From Dehalococcoidia bacterium (GTDB taxonomy: Bacteria; Chloroflexota; Dehalococcoidia; Dehalococcoidales; JAUXAP01): a stretch of 64,000 nucleotides of DNA. Shown here one piece after another: positions 26,796 through 36,018 of this stretch (within the stretch, counting starts at the first letter, position 1; each line of letters begins with the position of its first letter). Made by a program: the position numbers and the translations under genes. The DNA is taken from contig JAUXAP010000003.1 of assembly GCA_030619865.1 (NCBI GenBank), positions 135 to 64,134 on the forward strand, in the 5' to 3' direction. The notes beneath the pieces are model-generated. The model had not been told where the DNA came from, did no database searches, and saw only the letters and a list, made by a program, of their open reading frames with translations.

Positions 26796-27083
26796 ATGAA
26801 GTTATCCCGTGAAGAAGTGTTACATATTGCCCTGCTGGCTCGACTGGGTCTGACCGAGACTGAAGTAGCTAGACTCGGTGAGCAACTATCTAATATTCTG
26901 GAGAACTTTGAGGCGTTACAGCAGGTAGACACCGAAGACATCCCACCTACCGCCCAATCTATTGCTCTCCAAAACGTAACCAAGGACGATGAAGTAACCG
27001 CTTCTCTCCCTCCGAGCCAGATTCTGGCTAATGCCCCTAAAAAGGAAAAAAACTTCTTCAGGGTGCGAGCAGTACTAGAATGA
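26796..27083 (+). CDS. gatC: Asp/Glu-tRNA amidotransferase subunit C
   Basis: 95 aa. [24 protein letters not shown] is a typical GatC N-terminus. Confidence 0.9.
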   Translation: MKLSREEVLHIALLARLGLTETEVARLGEQLSNILENFEALQQVDTEDIPPTAQSIALQNVTKDDEVTASLPPSQILANAPKKEKNFFRVRAVLE

Positions 27084-28537
27084 CAATGCACCAGCTGACT
27101 ATTCACGAAGCACACGAGCTGCTTAAAGCTAAACAACTGTCCTCAGTTGAATTAACCAAAGCCAGCCTGGGGCGTATCCATCAGGTGGAGCCAGAGGTTC
27201 GCGCCCTGGTTACCATTACCGATGAGCTAGCGCTAAAGCAAGCCCAAAAGGCTGATGAGCTTATTGCCGCTGGCGATATTAGCCCCCTTACCGGCATCCC
27301 GGTGCTTATCAAGGACAATATGTGCACTAAAGGAACAAAAACCACCTGCTCGTCGAAGATGCTAGAAAATTTCGTGCCTCCCTATAATGCTACCGTGGTA
27401 GAAAAATTGAATGCCTGTAGTGTAGTAATTATCGGTAAGGCAAATATGGATGAATTTGCTATGGGCTCTTCTACTGAGAACTCCGCCCTGTTTACCACTC
27501 ATAACCCCTGGGATTTAAGTCGCGTCCCCGGCGGCAGTAGTGGCGGCTCAGCAGCAGCGGTAGCTGCCAGCGAGACTATCTACGCCCTGGGTTCAGATAC
27601 CGGGGGGAGTATCCGTCAGCCGGCTGGTTTCTGCAGCGTAACCGGTCTAAAGCCTACCTACGGCAGGGTAAGTCGATACGGTCTGGTTGCCTTTGCCAGC
27701 TCTCTTGACCAGATTGGACCTTTAACCCAGGATGTTACTGATTGTGCCCTGGTGTTGAATGCCATCGCCGGTTACGACCCCAGAGATTCTACCTCAGTTC
27801 CCTACCCCACCCCTGATTATACCCAATGCCTGACTGCCAACATTAAAGGACTACATATCGGTGTTCCCAAGGAGTATTTCGTTGAGGGAATGCAAACTGA
27901 GGTGGCAACAGCTATGAGAGCGGCTATCAATAAGCTTGAAGAGCTGGGAGCGACGATAGACTGGGAAGTATCACTACCCCATACCCCTTATGCTCTAGCG
28001 GTATATTATATTATTGCCCCCTCCGAGGCTTCGGCTAACCTGGCTCGCTATGATGGAGTAAAGTATGGCTACTCCTGCCAAGACGCCGATAGTATGTGGG
28101 AGGCTATGGAAAAGACCCGCCAGCACGGCTTTGGCGCCGAGGTAAAAAGACGTATCATGCTGGGAACCTATGCCCTGTCTGCCGGTTATTATGATGCTTA
28201 TTACCTCAAAGCCCAGAAGGTACGCACTCTGATAAGGCAAGAATTTGACCAAGCATTTGAAAAATTTGACGCCCTGGTAACGCCAACCTCACCCACTGTG
28301 CCGTTCAAGATTGGGGAAAGGGTGGATGACCCCTTACAGATGTACCTGAGTGATGTCTGCACCCTGCCGATAAACATTGCCGGAGTGCCGGCTATCTCCA
28401 TTCCGGCCGGCTTTGCCAATGGACTGCCGATAGGTATGCAGATTATCGGCAAGCCCTTTAGTGAGGAAACCATCCTCAAAATCGCCCACGCCTACCAGCA
28501 GGCGACTGACTGGCATAAGAAGAAGCCGGAAATCTAA
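27080..28537 (+). CDS. gatA: Asp/Glu-tRNA amidotransferase subunit A
   Basis: 485 aa. Amidase signature [12 protein letters not shown]. 4-nt overlap with gatC. Confidence 0.95.
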   Translation: MTMHQLTIHEAHELLKAKQLSSVELTKASLGRIHQVEPEVRALVTITDELALKQAQKADELIAAGDISPLTGIPVLIKDNMCTKGTKTTCSSKMLENFVPPYNATVVEKLNACSVVIIGKANMDEFAMGSSTENSALFTTHNPWDLSRVPGGSSGGSAAAVAASETIYALGSDTGGSIRQPAGFCSVTGLKPTYGRVSRYGLVAFASSLDQIGPLTQDVTDCALVLNAIAGYDPRDSTSVPYPTPDYTQCLTANIKGLHIGVPKEYFVEGMQTEVATAMRAAINKLEELGATIDWEVSLPHTPYALAVYYIIAPSEASANLARYDGVKYGYSCQDADSMWEAMEKTRQHGFGAEVKRRIMLGTYALSAGYYDAYYLKAQKVRTLIRQEFDQAFEKFDALVTPTSPTVPFKIGERVDDPLQMYLSDVCTLPINIAGVPAISIPAGFANGLPIGMQIIGKPFSEETILKIAHAYQQATDWHKKKPEI

Positions 28538-28556
28538 AAAGAAAAGGGGGGCGAAA

Positions 28557-28781
28557 ATGAGCACTTACAATATCGGTGACGCAGACGAATGGGGTTATAT
28601 TCTTAAGAACCGCAGGGGGCCAGTGGCACTGTGGGAGACGCCAAACGGAAACTATGTTGTATATCTTTCGGCAACAAATGAGCATGTCCTATACGGATTC
28701 CGAAAGTATCGTGAAGATGCCGACGCACTCTTTGACAGCGTCTGCAATATGTTCCCAAATTTGGAACCTGAAGTGAGTTGA
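28557..28781 (+). CDS. hypothetical small protein
   Basis: 74 aa from ATG 28557, preceded by AAAAGGGGGG. The longer 28461 start would overlap gatA. Confidence 0.45.
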   Translation: MSTYNIGDADEWGYILKNRRGPVALWETPNGNYVVYLSATNEHVLYGFRKYREDADALFDSVCNMFPNLEPEVS

Positions 28782-28811
28782 AGAGAGGAAGCCTCTCTTA
28801 TATAACTACTT

Positions 28812-28837
28812 CCCCCTCCCTTTGATAAGGGAGGGGG
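28812..28837 (+). terminator. strong GC hairpin (11-bp stem, 4-nt loop)
   Basis: CCCCCTCCCTT tgat AAGGGAGGGGG, 30 nt after the stop at 28781. No clear T-tract follows. Confidence 0.5.
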
Positions 28838-28873
28838 ATAAAGGGGGAGGGTTGCCTAATTGTTATCTCTTAA

Positions 28874-29052
28874 GATTGCTTCATTACATTCGCAATGACG
28901 AAAGGGGAGTGTCATTGCGAGCCGAAGGCGTGGCAATCCTGGTGGTAGGGTATTTATTGTGATTGCGGAGCCTGTTCCGAGCCTGTCCAGAGATTGCTTC
29001 GGGACTCTGTCCCTCGCAATGACAGGCGAGGAATCACGCTTCTCGCAAAGAC
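28874..29052. repeat. cluster of CATTGCGAG...GCAATC palindromic repeat units in alternating orientation
   Basis: GATTGCTTCATTACATTCGCAATGAC (28874-28899), GTCATTGCGAGCCGAAGGCGTGGCAATC (28911-28938), GATTGCTTCGGGACTCTGTCCCTCGCAATGAC (28992-29022), and a degenerate unit to 29052. Confidence 0.8.
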
Positions 29053-29077
29053 ATGAGGCTGGTCTAAAGGGGATGAG

Positions 29078-29302
29078 TTGAATAACCTTAAAGTTAATTG
29101 CTATTCAGGGCATACTTATGCCGAAAGACCTAAGTCTTTCCTCTGGCAAGGCGTGAAATATGAGGTGGGGAAGATAGAAAGAGCCTGGCAGGAGCCAAGG
29201 GAGAGGTATTTTCAGGTCAGAACCAAGGATAACAAACTATTCCAACTCTGCTATAATGAGACGGAAAAACAGTGGTCGCTTACCGAACTGGTTAAGGAGT
29301 AA
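29078..29302 (+). CDS. hypothetical small protein
   Basis: 74-aa ORF with a TTG start after AAAGGGGATGAG. No motif recognised. Confidence 0.4.
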   Translation: MNNLKVNCYSGHTYAERPKSFLWQGVKYEVGKIERAWQEPRERYFQVRTKDNKLFQLCYNETEKQWSLTELVKE

Positions 29303-29307
29303 GGACA

Positions 29308-29790
29308 ATGCTAAAAGACATTCTTAAAATACTGGAAAATGATGCCCATGCTACCACCAAACAAATATCAACTATGACCGGCGCCCCCAGCGATGAGGTC
29401 GCCAAGGCTATTAAGCAAGCTGAGAAAGACCGAACTATCCTAAAATACAAAACCATAATCAACTGGGAAAAGGTTGGGGATGAGCAGGTATGGGCGTTAA
29501 TAGAGGTCAGGGTTACTCCCCAGAGAGACGTTGGCTTTGATTCCATAGCTGAGCGTATCTACCGCTTCCCTCAAGCTCGCACCGTTTACCTCGTCTCAGG
29601 AACCTACGACCTACTGGTTCTAATAACCGGCAAAACCATGCACGAAGTAGCTGATTTCGTGGCTCAAAAGCTGGCCCCTATTGAAGGGGTTCAGGGAACG
29701 GTTACTCACTTCGTGCTTAAGCGGTATAAAGAGGACGGTGAAATTCTAGAGGGAAAGGAAGAGGTTAAACGGCAGCCGGTAACACTCTAA
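29308..29790 (+). CDS. Lrp/AsnC-family transcriptional regulator
   Basis: 160 aa. N-terminal HTH (ILENDAHATTKQISTMTGAPSDEVAKAIK) and a C-terminal RAM-like domain. Confidence 0.85.
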   Translation: MLKDILKILENDAHATTKQISTMTGAPSDEVAKAIKQAEKDRTILKYKTIINWEKVGDEQVWALIEVRVTPQRDVGFDSIAERIYRFPQARTVYLVSGTYDLLVLITGKTMHEVADFVAQKLAPIEGVQGTVTHFVLKRYKEDGEILEGKEEVKRQPVTL

Positions 29791-29808
29791 TTGCCCTCAG
29801 GAGTTTTT

Positions 29809-31002
29809 ATGTCAACTAAACCCACAATTAAACAGCAAAGCCTTACCTCACACCGGGTAAACCGAATAGTCCCTTCAGGGATAAGAAAGTTCTTCGACCT
29901 CCTCGCTTCTATTGAAGGGGTAATCTCACTCGGGGTTGGCGAGCCTGATTTTACCACCCCTTGGCATATTCGCGAGGCAGCTATCTACTCGCTGGAAAAG
30001 GGCTACACGATGTATACCTCAAACTTGGGCATGCCTGAGCTACGCCAAGAACTGTCACGCTACCTGAAGGATAACTATAACCTGGAATATAACCCAGATG
30101 GTGAACTTCTGATTACAGTTGGGGTTAGTGAAGCATTAGACCTGGCGATGAGAGCTATTCTTGACCCCGGTGATGAGGTCATTATGCCCGATCCTCACTA
30201 TGTCTCCTATGATGCCTGTGTCATTCTGGCTGGAGGGACACCAATTATGGTGCCCACTAACGAGGAAAATAACTTCGAGATTAGTGCCGCCGATATTGAG
30301 GCAAGGATTACCGACAAAACCAAGGCAATACTCATCGGTTATCCCGCCAATCCTACGGGGGCGGTAATGAGCCGAGATAAACTAATACAAATAGCTGAGG
30401 TAGCCCGGCGACATAAGCTATTAGTAATCTCTGACGAGATTTACGCCAAGCTGGTCTATGGTGTGGAGCATACTTGCTTGGCGGCACTACCTGAAATGAA
30501 AGAAAGCACCATCCTTCTCGGTGGATTCTCCAAGACTTTCGCCATGACCGGATGGCGCATTGGCTACACGGCAGCTCCTAGAGAGATTACCGCCGCCATG
30601 ACCAAGATTCACCAATATACTTTGCTTTGCGCCCCTATAATGGGACAGGTAGCCGCTATTGAGGCACTGAAATCAGGTGAAGCCAGCACCGCCGAGATGG
30701 TTGAAGAATACAACAGGCGACGCCTGGTTATAGTCAAAGGATTAAACGATATTGGCTTACCTTGCTTTGAGCCACGCGGTGCATTCTATGCCTTCCCATC
30801 AATAAAGGGCACCGGTATGAACTCAGAGGAATTTGCCGAAAGGCTCCTCATTGAGGAAAAAGTAGCCGTAGTTCCCGGAGTAGCCTTTGGACAATGTGGT
30901 GAAGGATACGTCCGTTGCTGTTATGCCACCTCTTTAGTTGATATTGAGGAAGCACTATCCAGAATGAAGCGGTTCGTGAATAAACATAAAAAGGAGAGTT
31001 AA
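29809..31002 (+). CDS. class I/II PLP-dependent aminotransferase (aspartate aminotransferase-like)
   Basis: About 397 aa from ATG 29809, preceded by AGGAG. SFSKTFAMTGWRIGY contains the PLP lysine. Confidence 0.9.
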   Translation: MSTKPTIKQQSLTSHRVNRIVPSGIRKFFDLLASIEGVISLGVGEPDFTTPWHIREAAIYSLEKGYTMYTSNLGMPELRQELSRYLKDNYNLEYNPDGELLITVGVSEALDLAMRAILDPGDEVIMPDPHYVSYDACVILAGGTPIMVPTNEENNFEISAADIEARITDKTKAILIGYPANPTGAVMSRDKLIQIAEVARRHKLLVISDEIYAKLVYGVEHTCLAALPEMKESTILLGGFSKTFAMTGWRIGYTAAPREITAAMTKIHQYTLLCAPIMGQVAAIEALKSGEASTAEMVEEYNRRRLVIVKGLNDIGLPCFEPRGAFYAFPSIKGTGMNSEEFAERLLIEEKVAVVPGVAFGQCGEGYVRCCYATSLVDIEEALSRMKRFVNKHKKES

Positions 31003-31006
31003 TACA

Positions 31007-31195
31007 ATGGGTTACTTTAGAATAATGGCGGCAATACCGGGTTTCTTCCTAAGTTCATTCTTTTTTATGCTCCTCTGGGGCGTTATTGCCCCGAAACTCG
31101 GTATCGTGGATATCAACTATGTAACGTCCATGCTGATAACAATCACACTCTGGATAGCGATAGCACCTTTGGCAGCGGCCCGCAAGAAGAAATAA
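31007..31195 (+). CDS. small membrane protein
   Basis: 62 aa with two hydrophobic helices. Starts 5 nt after the aminotransferase stop. Confidence 0.45.
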   Translation: MGYFRIMAAIPGFFLSSFFFMLLWGVIAPKLGIVDINYVTSMLITITLWIAIAPLAAARKKK

Positions 31196-31243
31196 GCGAT
31201 ATAGCTTTTAGAAAAGTGATTTTCACCACAGGAGGCAAGGTAG

Positions 31244-32251
31244 ATTAAAGAGACCTATGCTAAAGCCGGCGTCAATATTGATGTTGCCGCCAAAGTAAAA
31301 GAGCTGATTAAGAAACATGCCCGGTCTACCCTTCGTTCTGAGGTCTTGAGTGGCGTTGGCTTCTTTGGCGGGCTCTTTGAGTTTAAGGGATATAAGAAGC
31401 CAGTATTGGTATCCAGTACCGACTCGGTAGGTACCAAGCTAAAGATTGCCAACGCTTTGGCCAAGCACGATACCATTGGTATTGATATAGTCAATCACTG
31501 TATTAATGACATACTAACCTGTGGCGCTGAGCCGCTCTTCTTCCTGGACTACATCGGCATCGGCAAGCTGACACCAAAAAAAGTAGAAGCTATTGCCAAG
31601 GGGTTAGCCCAGGCCTGCCGTGAGGTTGGTTGTGCTCTGATCGGTGGTGAAACAGCCGAGATGCCCGGGATATATGCTGGGGAGGATTATGACCTGGTAG
31701 GTTTTATCATCGGGGTGGTGGAGAAAGAAAAGATTATCATGGGAAAGACAATTGCTGTTGGTGATACCATTATCGGCTTGCCCTCCAGTGGGTTGCATAC
31801 CAATGGTTATTCTCTGGTGCGTAAGATTTTTGGTGAAACTAAACCAGCACTAGATACTTATTACCCTGAGTTGAACCGAACCCTGGGTGAAGAGCTGCTG
31901 GAACCTCATCGCTGCTACTATAACCAGTTAAAGCCTCTGCTACCGATTACCAAGGGTATGGCTCACATTACTGGCGGTGGTTTAGTTGATAATGTACCCA
32001 GGATTTTACCTCAGGGTATGACGGCAAAGTTTCACAGCCAAGCATGGACAGTCCCCCCTATTTTCCAGCTTATTCAACAGCGAGGTAATGTTGACCGAAA
32101 CGAGATGTACCGTGTGTTTAATATGGGTATCGGTATGGCGCTCATTTGTTCACCTGAGGTTGTTAACCAACTCACAGGGCAATTGCCCAAGGCAAAGGTT
32201 ATCGGTGAGGTGGTGAAGCAAGCAGGGAAGGCAAGGGTAGTTATTAAATAA
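31244..32251 (+). CDS. purM: phosphoribosylformylglycinamidine cyclo-ligase (AIR synthase), apparent ATT start
   Basis: PurM homology (KETYAKAGVNIDVAAK...GVGFFGGLFEF) starts right after the in-frame TAG at 31241-31243. There is no ATG/GTG/TTG before 31346. AGGAGG at 31230-31235 lies 8 nt before ATT 31244. Confidence 0.85.
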   Translation: MKETYAKAGVNIDVAAKVKELIKKHARSTLRSEVLSGVGFFGGLFEFKGYKKPVLVSSTDSVGTKLKIANALAKHDTIGIDIVNHCINDILTCGAEPLFFLDYIGIGKLTPKKVEAIAKGLAQACREVGCALIGGETAEMPGIYAGEDYDLVGFIIGVVEKEKIIMGKTIAVGDTIIGLPSSGLHTNGYSLVRKIFGETKPALDTYYPELNRTLGEELLEPHRCYYNQLKPLLPITKGMAHITGGGLVDNVPRILPQGMTAKFHSQAWTVPPIFQLIQQRGNVDRNEMYRVFNMGIGMALICSPEVVNQLTGQLPKAKVIGEVVKQAGKARVVIK

Positions 32252-32275
32252 ACAATTAATGGGAGGAGATTTTTC

Positions 32276-33820
32276 ATGCGAGCTATTATTAGCGTCTCTG
32301 ACAAAGGTGGGATAACTGACTTTGCCCAAGGGCTGAATCAGCTAGGATTCGAGATATTCTCAACCGGTGGCACTAAAAAGGCACTGACAGAGGCTAAAGT
32401 CCCAGTAAAAAGTGTCTCTGAGATTACTGGCTTCCCTGAGATTCTTGATGGCAGGGTAAAGACGCTGCACCCGGCGGTTCATGGTGGCATTTTGGCCAGG
32501 CGTAACCTGCCCAGTCACATGGAAGAGCTAGCCAAGAACAACATTGAGGTAATTGACCTGGTAGCTATTAACCTCTACCCTTTCGTCCAGACAGTAACCA
32601 AGGAAGGGGTTACTCTTGATGAAGCACTAGAAAATATTGATATCGGTGGTCCAACCATGATTCGGGCGGCAGCCAAGAATTTCCCCAGTGTCATTGTGGT
32701 CGTAGACCCAGCCGACTATCAGCCAGTCTTGGAGAGGCTGAAGCAAGGAGAATTGCCTCTAGCTGAACGGAAACGATTAGCTCAGAAGGCTTTCCAGCAT
32801 GTAGCTGTTTATGATACCGCTATCTCTCAGTATCTGAGACAGGATATGGAAGGCTTTCCTGAGGAGATGACCGTAGCTCTGAAGAAGCGATATGGGCTTC
32901 GTTATGGAGAGAACCCTCATCAGCAGGCTGCCTTCTACTCTGAACAGGTAGTTGGCAGCGGGCAGGAGACCGGTATTACCTGGGCAAAACAGGTATGGGG
33001 TAAGGAGCTTTCGTTTAACAATATTCTAGATGCTGATGCTGCCTGGGGTGTGACAACTGACTTCGCCGCACCAACGGTAGCTGTTATCAAGCATACTAAT
33101 CCCTGCGGTCTGGCTAGCCATGATAATATTACCGAGGCTTATCGACAGGCACTCAGTGGCGACCCTGTAGCTGCCTTCGGCGGCATTGTCGCTGTAAATA
33201 GAGCTATTGACCTAGCTACTGCCGAAGAAATCAGAAAGACCTTCTATGAGATAGTGATTGCGCCGGAATATGAAGCTAAGGCGCTAGAGGTACTAAAAGG
33301 CAAGAAAAATCTTCGTATCCTGGTTGCCGAATTACCCCCGAATTACGGGGCTGCTCCGACTGGCTACCTTGATTTCCGCCGAGTAAAGGGTGGATTTCTC
33401 ATCCAGGACTCGGATTCTCTACCCGAAGGTAGCGTCAACCTCAAGGCAGTAACCAAGCGCAAACCAACCAAAGCTGAGATAGAAGACCTCCTTTTTGCCT
33501 GGCGAGCGGTTAAGCATGTAAAGTCAAACGCCATTTTGTTGGTCAAGGATAAGACACTTCTGGGAATGGGAGCAGGACAACCCAGTCGGATTGTCAGCGC
33601 CCAGGTAGCCAAGGAGAAGGCTGGAGAGAAGACTAAGGGCAGTGTTCTGGCTTCTGATGCTATGTTTCCATTTCCTGATGTGGTTGAGGCAGCTGCCGCT
33701 GGCGGGGTAACTGCTATCATCCAGCCCGGCGGCTCAATAAGGGATGAAGACTCAATCAAGGCAGCTGATAAGCACAATATAGCCATGGTCTTTACTGGAG
33801 TGAGGCACTTTAGACACTAA
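32276..33820 (+). CDS. purH: bifunctional AICAR transformylase / IMP cyclohydrolase
   Basis: 514 aa. N-terminal MGS-like domain (MRAIISVSDKGG) and a C-terminal AICARFT domain. Confidence 0.95.
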   Translation: MRAIISVSDKGGITDFAQGLNQLGFEIFSTGGTKKALTEAKVPVKSVSEITGFPEILDGRVKTLHPAVHGGILARRNLPSHMEELAKNNIEVIDLVAINLYPFVQTVTKEGVTLDEALENIDIGGPTMIRAAAKNFPSVIVVVDPADYQPVLERLKQGELPLAERKRLAQKAFQHVAVYDTAISQYLRQDMEGFPEEMTVALKKRYGLRYGENPHQQAAFYSEQVVGSGQETGITWAKQVWGKELSFNNILDADAAWGVTTDFAAPTVAVIKHTNPCGLASHDNITEAYRQALSGDPVAAFGGIVAVNRAIDLATAEEIRKTFYEIVIAPEYEAKALEVLKGKKNLRILVAELPPNYGAAPTGYLDFRRVKGGFLIQDSDSLPEGSVNLKAVTKRKPTKAEIEDLLFAWRAVKHVKSNAILLVKDKTLLGMGAGQPSRIVSAQVAKEKAGEKTKGSVLASDAMFPFPDVVEAAAAGGVTAIIQPGGSIRDEDSIKAADKHNIAMVFTGVRHFRH

Positions 33821-33892
33821 GCCCAGAGTGGAGGAGAGCTATCCCCGGTATTACCCCTAACCCAAGGCTTAAATGGGTAATGCAGGGCTAAT

Positions 33893-35341
33893 TCAGTCCC
33901 GCTCAAACTTCAGACATAAAACCTGCTTGGTACCCTTGGTAACCTTTACCCTATCATCTATACGCCAACCGACTACCCAAAGAATATGTTCAGGTGAGCA
34001 AACAACAGGGATTCGCTGCCGCCAGGCAGAAGGGATTTTGCTGTCAATCATAAACTCCCCTAATTTCTTGGGCTGGCTCATCCCCAGCGGCTGAAATCGG
34101 TCACCGGGCTGGCGAGAGCGCACTACCAATCTGTCACCAGTCTTATCAAAGTCAAGGTAGGCGGTAAAATCCTCATCTTTCTCTGCCATCTGTTCTCGGC
34201 TTATTATGGTTGCCACTACACACCAGCCAGAGAGGTGAGTTTCACCGGGTAGTTTCAGTGGGAATTTGCCTCCCAGAACAGGGAATGGAGATAAAGCGGC
34301 TGCATCTGGACCTATCAGGTATTTATCATAGTCTATGAAGAAGTTTAGACCCCCAGGCAGACTGAGCCTTTTTCCCGCCGGCTTGGTTAAGGCATCCATT
34401 ATTTCTTCAATATGGCGTGTCTCAATATCCTTAAGATTACCTAGCAACTTTTCTATGGACATTCGAAGCAGGTATCGCTGTAGGGCAGAAGGCAGCTCAA
34501 GAAACCTTCCCTTATCTAAAACAATCGTGTTTTCTTGCCTTTGGACAAGTTCATCCCATAACCGAGCGCTCTCACTATCAAGAAAGGCAAGGTCATCACC
34601 AGCAATGCGGGCTGTTCGAAGCAAAGCTTCATCCACCCGCGGGTTATAGCTCCGCAGTAGGGGCAGTAGTTGGTGGCGGATCCTATTTCTTAGCGGTGAT
34701 AATGACAGGTTAGAGGCATCTGTACGAGGCATAAGCTGGTGGTGGTGACAATAATCGGCTGTCCCCTGTCGGCTTAGCAGCAATATAGGTCTTATTATAG
34801 TGAGGCTATTCCCTGAAGACTGCCACCGGCTACTTGGTTGCAAGCCGCGAAGCCCTCTGGTTCCTGTTCCCCGGATTAGATGCATCAGTATGGTCTCTAT
34901 ATGGTCATCAGAGGTATGTCCTACCGCCACTTGATTAGTTCCAATAGACTTTGCCACCTGAGCCAGGAAGGTATATCGCACCTCACGGCCTGCCTCTTCT
35001 AACGAAATGCGCTGCTGGGCTTGATAAGCCTTTACATCACGCTTCTCTATAGTAGCTGGAATACCCAGTTGACGAGCTAGATCAGCAACATACTCAGCGT
35101 CAGCCTCAGCATCAACACCTCGCAGTTGGTGGTTAAGGTGAGCCACGTGCAGCCTTATACCTAATTCCTCCTGGAGCTTAGCCAGGATATGGAGCAAGCA
35201 GACTGAATCTGGTCCGCCGGATACTGCCACCAGAAGTTCGTGCTGACTTGATACCAGTCTATGCTCCCGGATGAATTGCAGCACCCTCTGCTCTAATGGT
35301 GGTTGTTTCGCAGTTACCAATTTCTTTCCTTTTAGGGACAT
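33893..35341 (-). CDS. tilS: tRNA(Ile)-lysidine synthetase
   Basis: 482 aa. PP-loop LVAVSGGPDSVCLL. Confidence 0.9.
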   Translation of the reverse strand: MSLKGKKLVTAKQPPLEQRVLQFIREHRLVSSQHELLVAVSGGPDSVCLLHILAKLQEELGIRLHVAHLNHQLRGVDAEADAEYVADLARQLGIPATIEKRDVKAYQAQQRISLEEAGREVRYTFLAQVAKSIGTNQVAVGHTSDDHIETILMHLIRGTGTRGLRGLQPSSRWQSSGNSLTIIRPILLLSRQGTADYCHHHQLMPRTDASNLSLSPLRNRIRHQLLPLLRSYNPRVDEALLRTARIAGDDLAFLDSESARLWDELVQRQENTIVLDKGRFLELPSALQRYLLRMSIEKLLGNLKDIETRHIEEIMDALTKPAGKRLSLPGGLNFFIDYDKYLIGPDAAALSPFPVLGGKFPLKLPGETHLSGWCVVATIISREQMAEKDEDFTAYLDFDKTGDRLVVRSRQPGDRFQPLGMSQPKKLGEFMIDSKIPSAWRQRIPVVCSPEHILWVVGWRIDDRVKVTKGTKQVLCLKFERD

Positions 35342-35350
35342 GTTAAATGT

Positions 35351-35992
35351 TTACCATATAATCTGGATTTCAACTATAGCCTCACTGTAATCCGTTAGCC
35401 GGCCTGTAACAGCCCACTGCCATGGGTAAGGTTTGCCTACAATCAGCTCTACCCCTTTATCTGATTGCGGCTCGATAAAAATAAGTCCCCTATCCACCGT
35501 CTCAAAGGCAACTACGGCATGTGCCCATTCTTTAAAGCGAATACGCACATACGCGGCTCGGATGCCGTTGGCTTCGGCATTATTATTAAGCTCAGCAGCG
35601 AAATCAAAGCAGACATATTCACCCTCGATAAACAAATTGGAATCTGTCTTATCATGAGCCAGGAACTCCCTTAGCTCTTCATCTGTAGGGTTACGAAGTT
35701 CGACCCGGGTAGCCACTTCTTCTTTGGGAGCAATCTCCAGTCCGATTTCGTATCCCTTGTCATACCCTTTATTGTATGCCCCACTGTAAGCTTCTTGGTA
35801 ACCACCATTATAGGTCTGGGCATAACCTTGGTCATAGCCATCGTCGTAAGCAGCAACGATTTCCTTACTAAAAGTGCTACCTGTGGTACCTATGTAAATA
35901 ATGATGTCTAAGACAATAATCCCTTCTACCAGGATAACTATCCCAAGGATAATTCTGGCTATGGCAATACCAAATTCTCTTAAACCACCCAC
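35351..35992 (-). CDS. membrane-anchored protein: Gly/Tyr-rich repeats plus C-terminal Cys-His-Asp (transglutaminase/papain-like?) domain
   Basis: 213 aa with a GTG start. TM helix, then GYDQGYAQTYNGGYQEAYSGAYNKGYDKGYEIG, then YVCFDFA...HAVVAFET...IEPQSD. Confidence 0.6.
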   Translation of the reverse strand: MGGLREFGIAIARIILGIVILVEGIIVLDIIIYIGTTGSTFSKEIVAAYDDGYDQGYAQTYNGGYQEAYSGAYNKGYDKGYEIGLEIAPKEEVATRVELRNPTDEELREFLAHDKTDSNLFIEGEYVCFDFAAELNNNAEANGIRAAYVRIRFKEWAHAVVAFETVDRGLIFIEPQSDKGVELIVGKPYPWQWAVTGRLTDYSEAIVEIQIIW

Positions 35993-36018
35993 TTAGCTAT
36001 CCTTATTCTTTAATTCAC

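Noticed and set aside
28461-28556. Long version (106 aa) of the small ORF after gatA
   Set aside because: The extension overlaps the last 77 nt of gatA in another frame. ATG 28557, with an upstream G-rich SD, is the more plausible start.
31196-32275. ZTP (pfl) or purine riboswitch controlling purM/purH
   Set aside because: The upstream gaps are about 48 nt and 24 nt, too short for the aptamers, and no conserved motif was seen.
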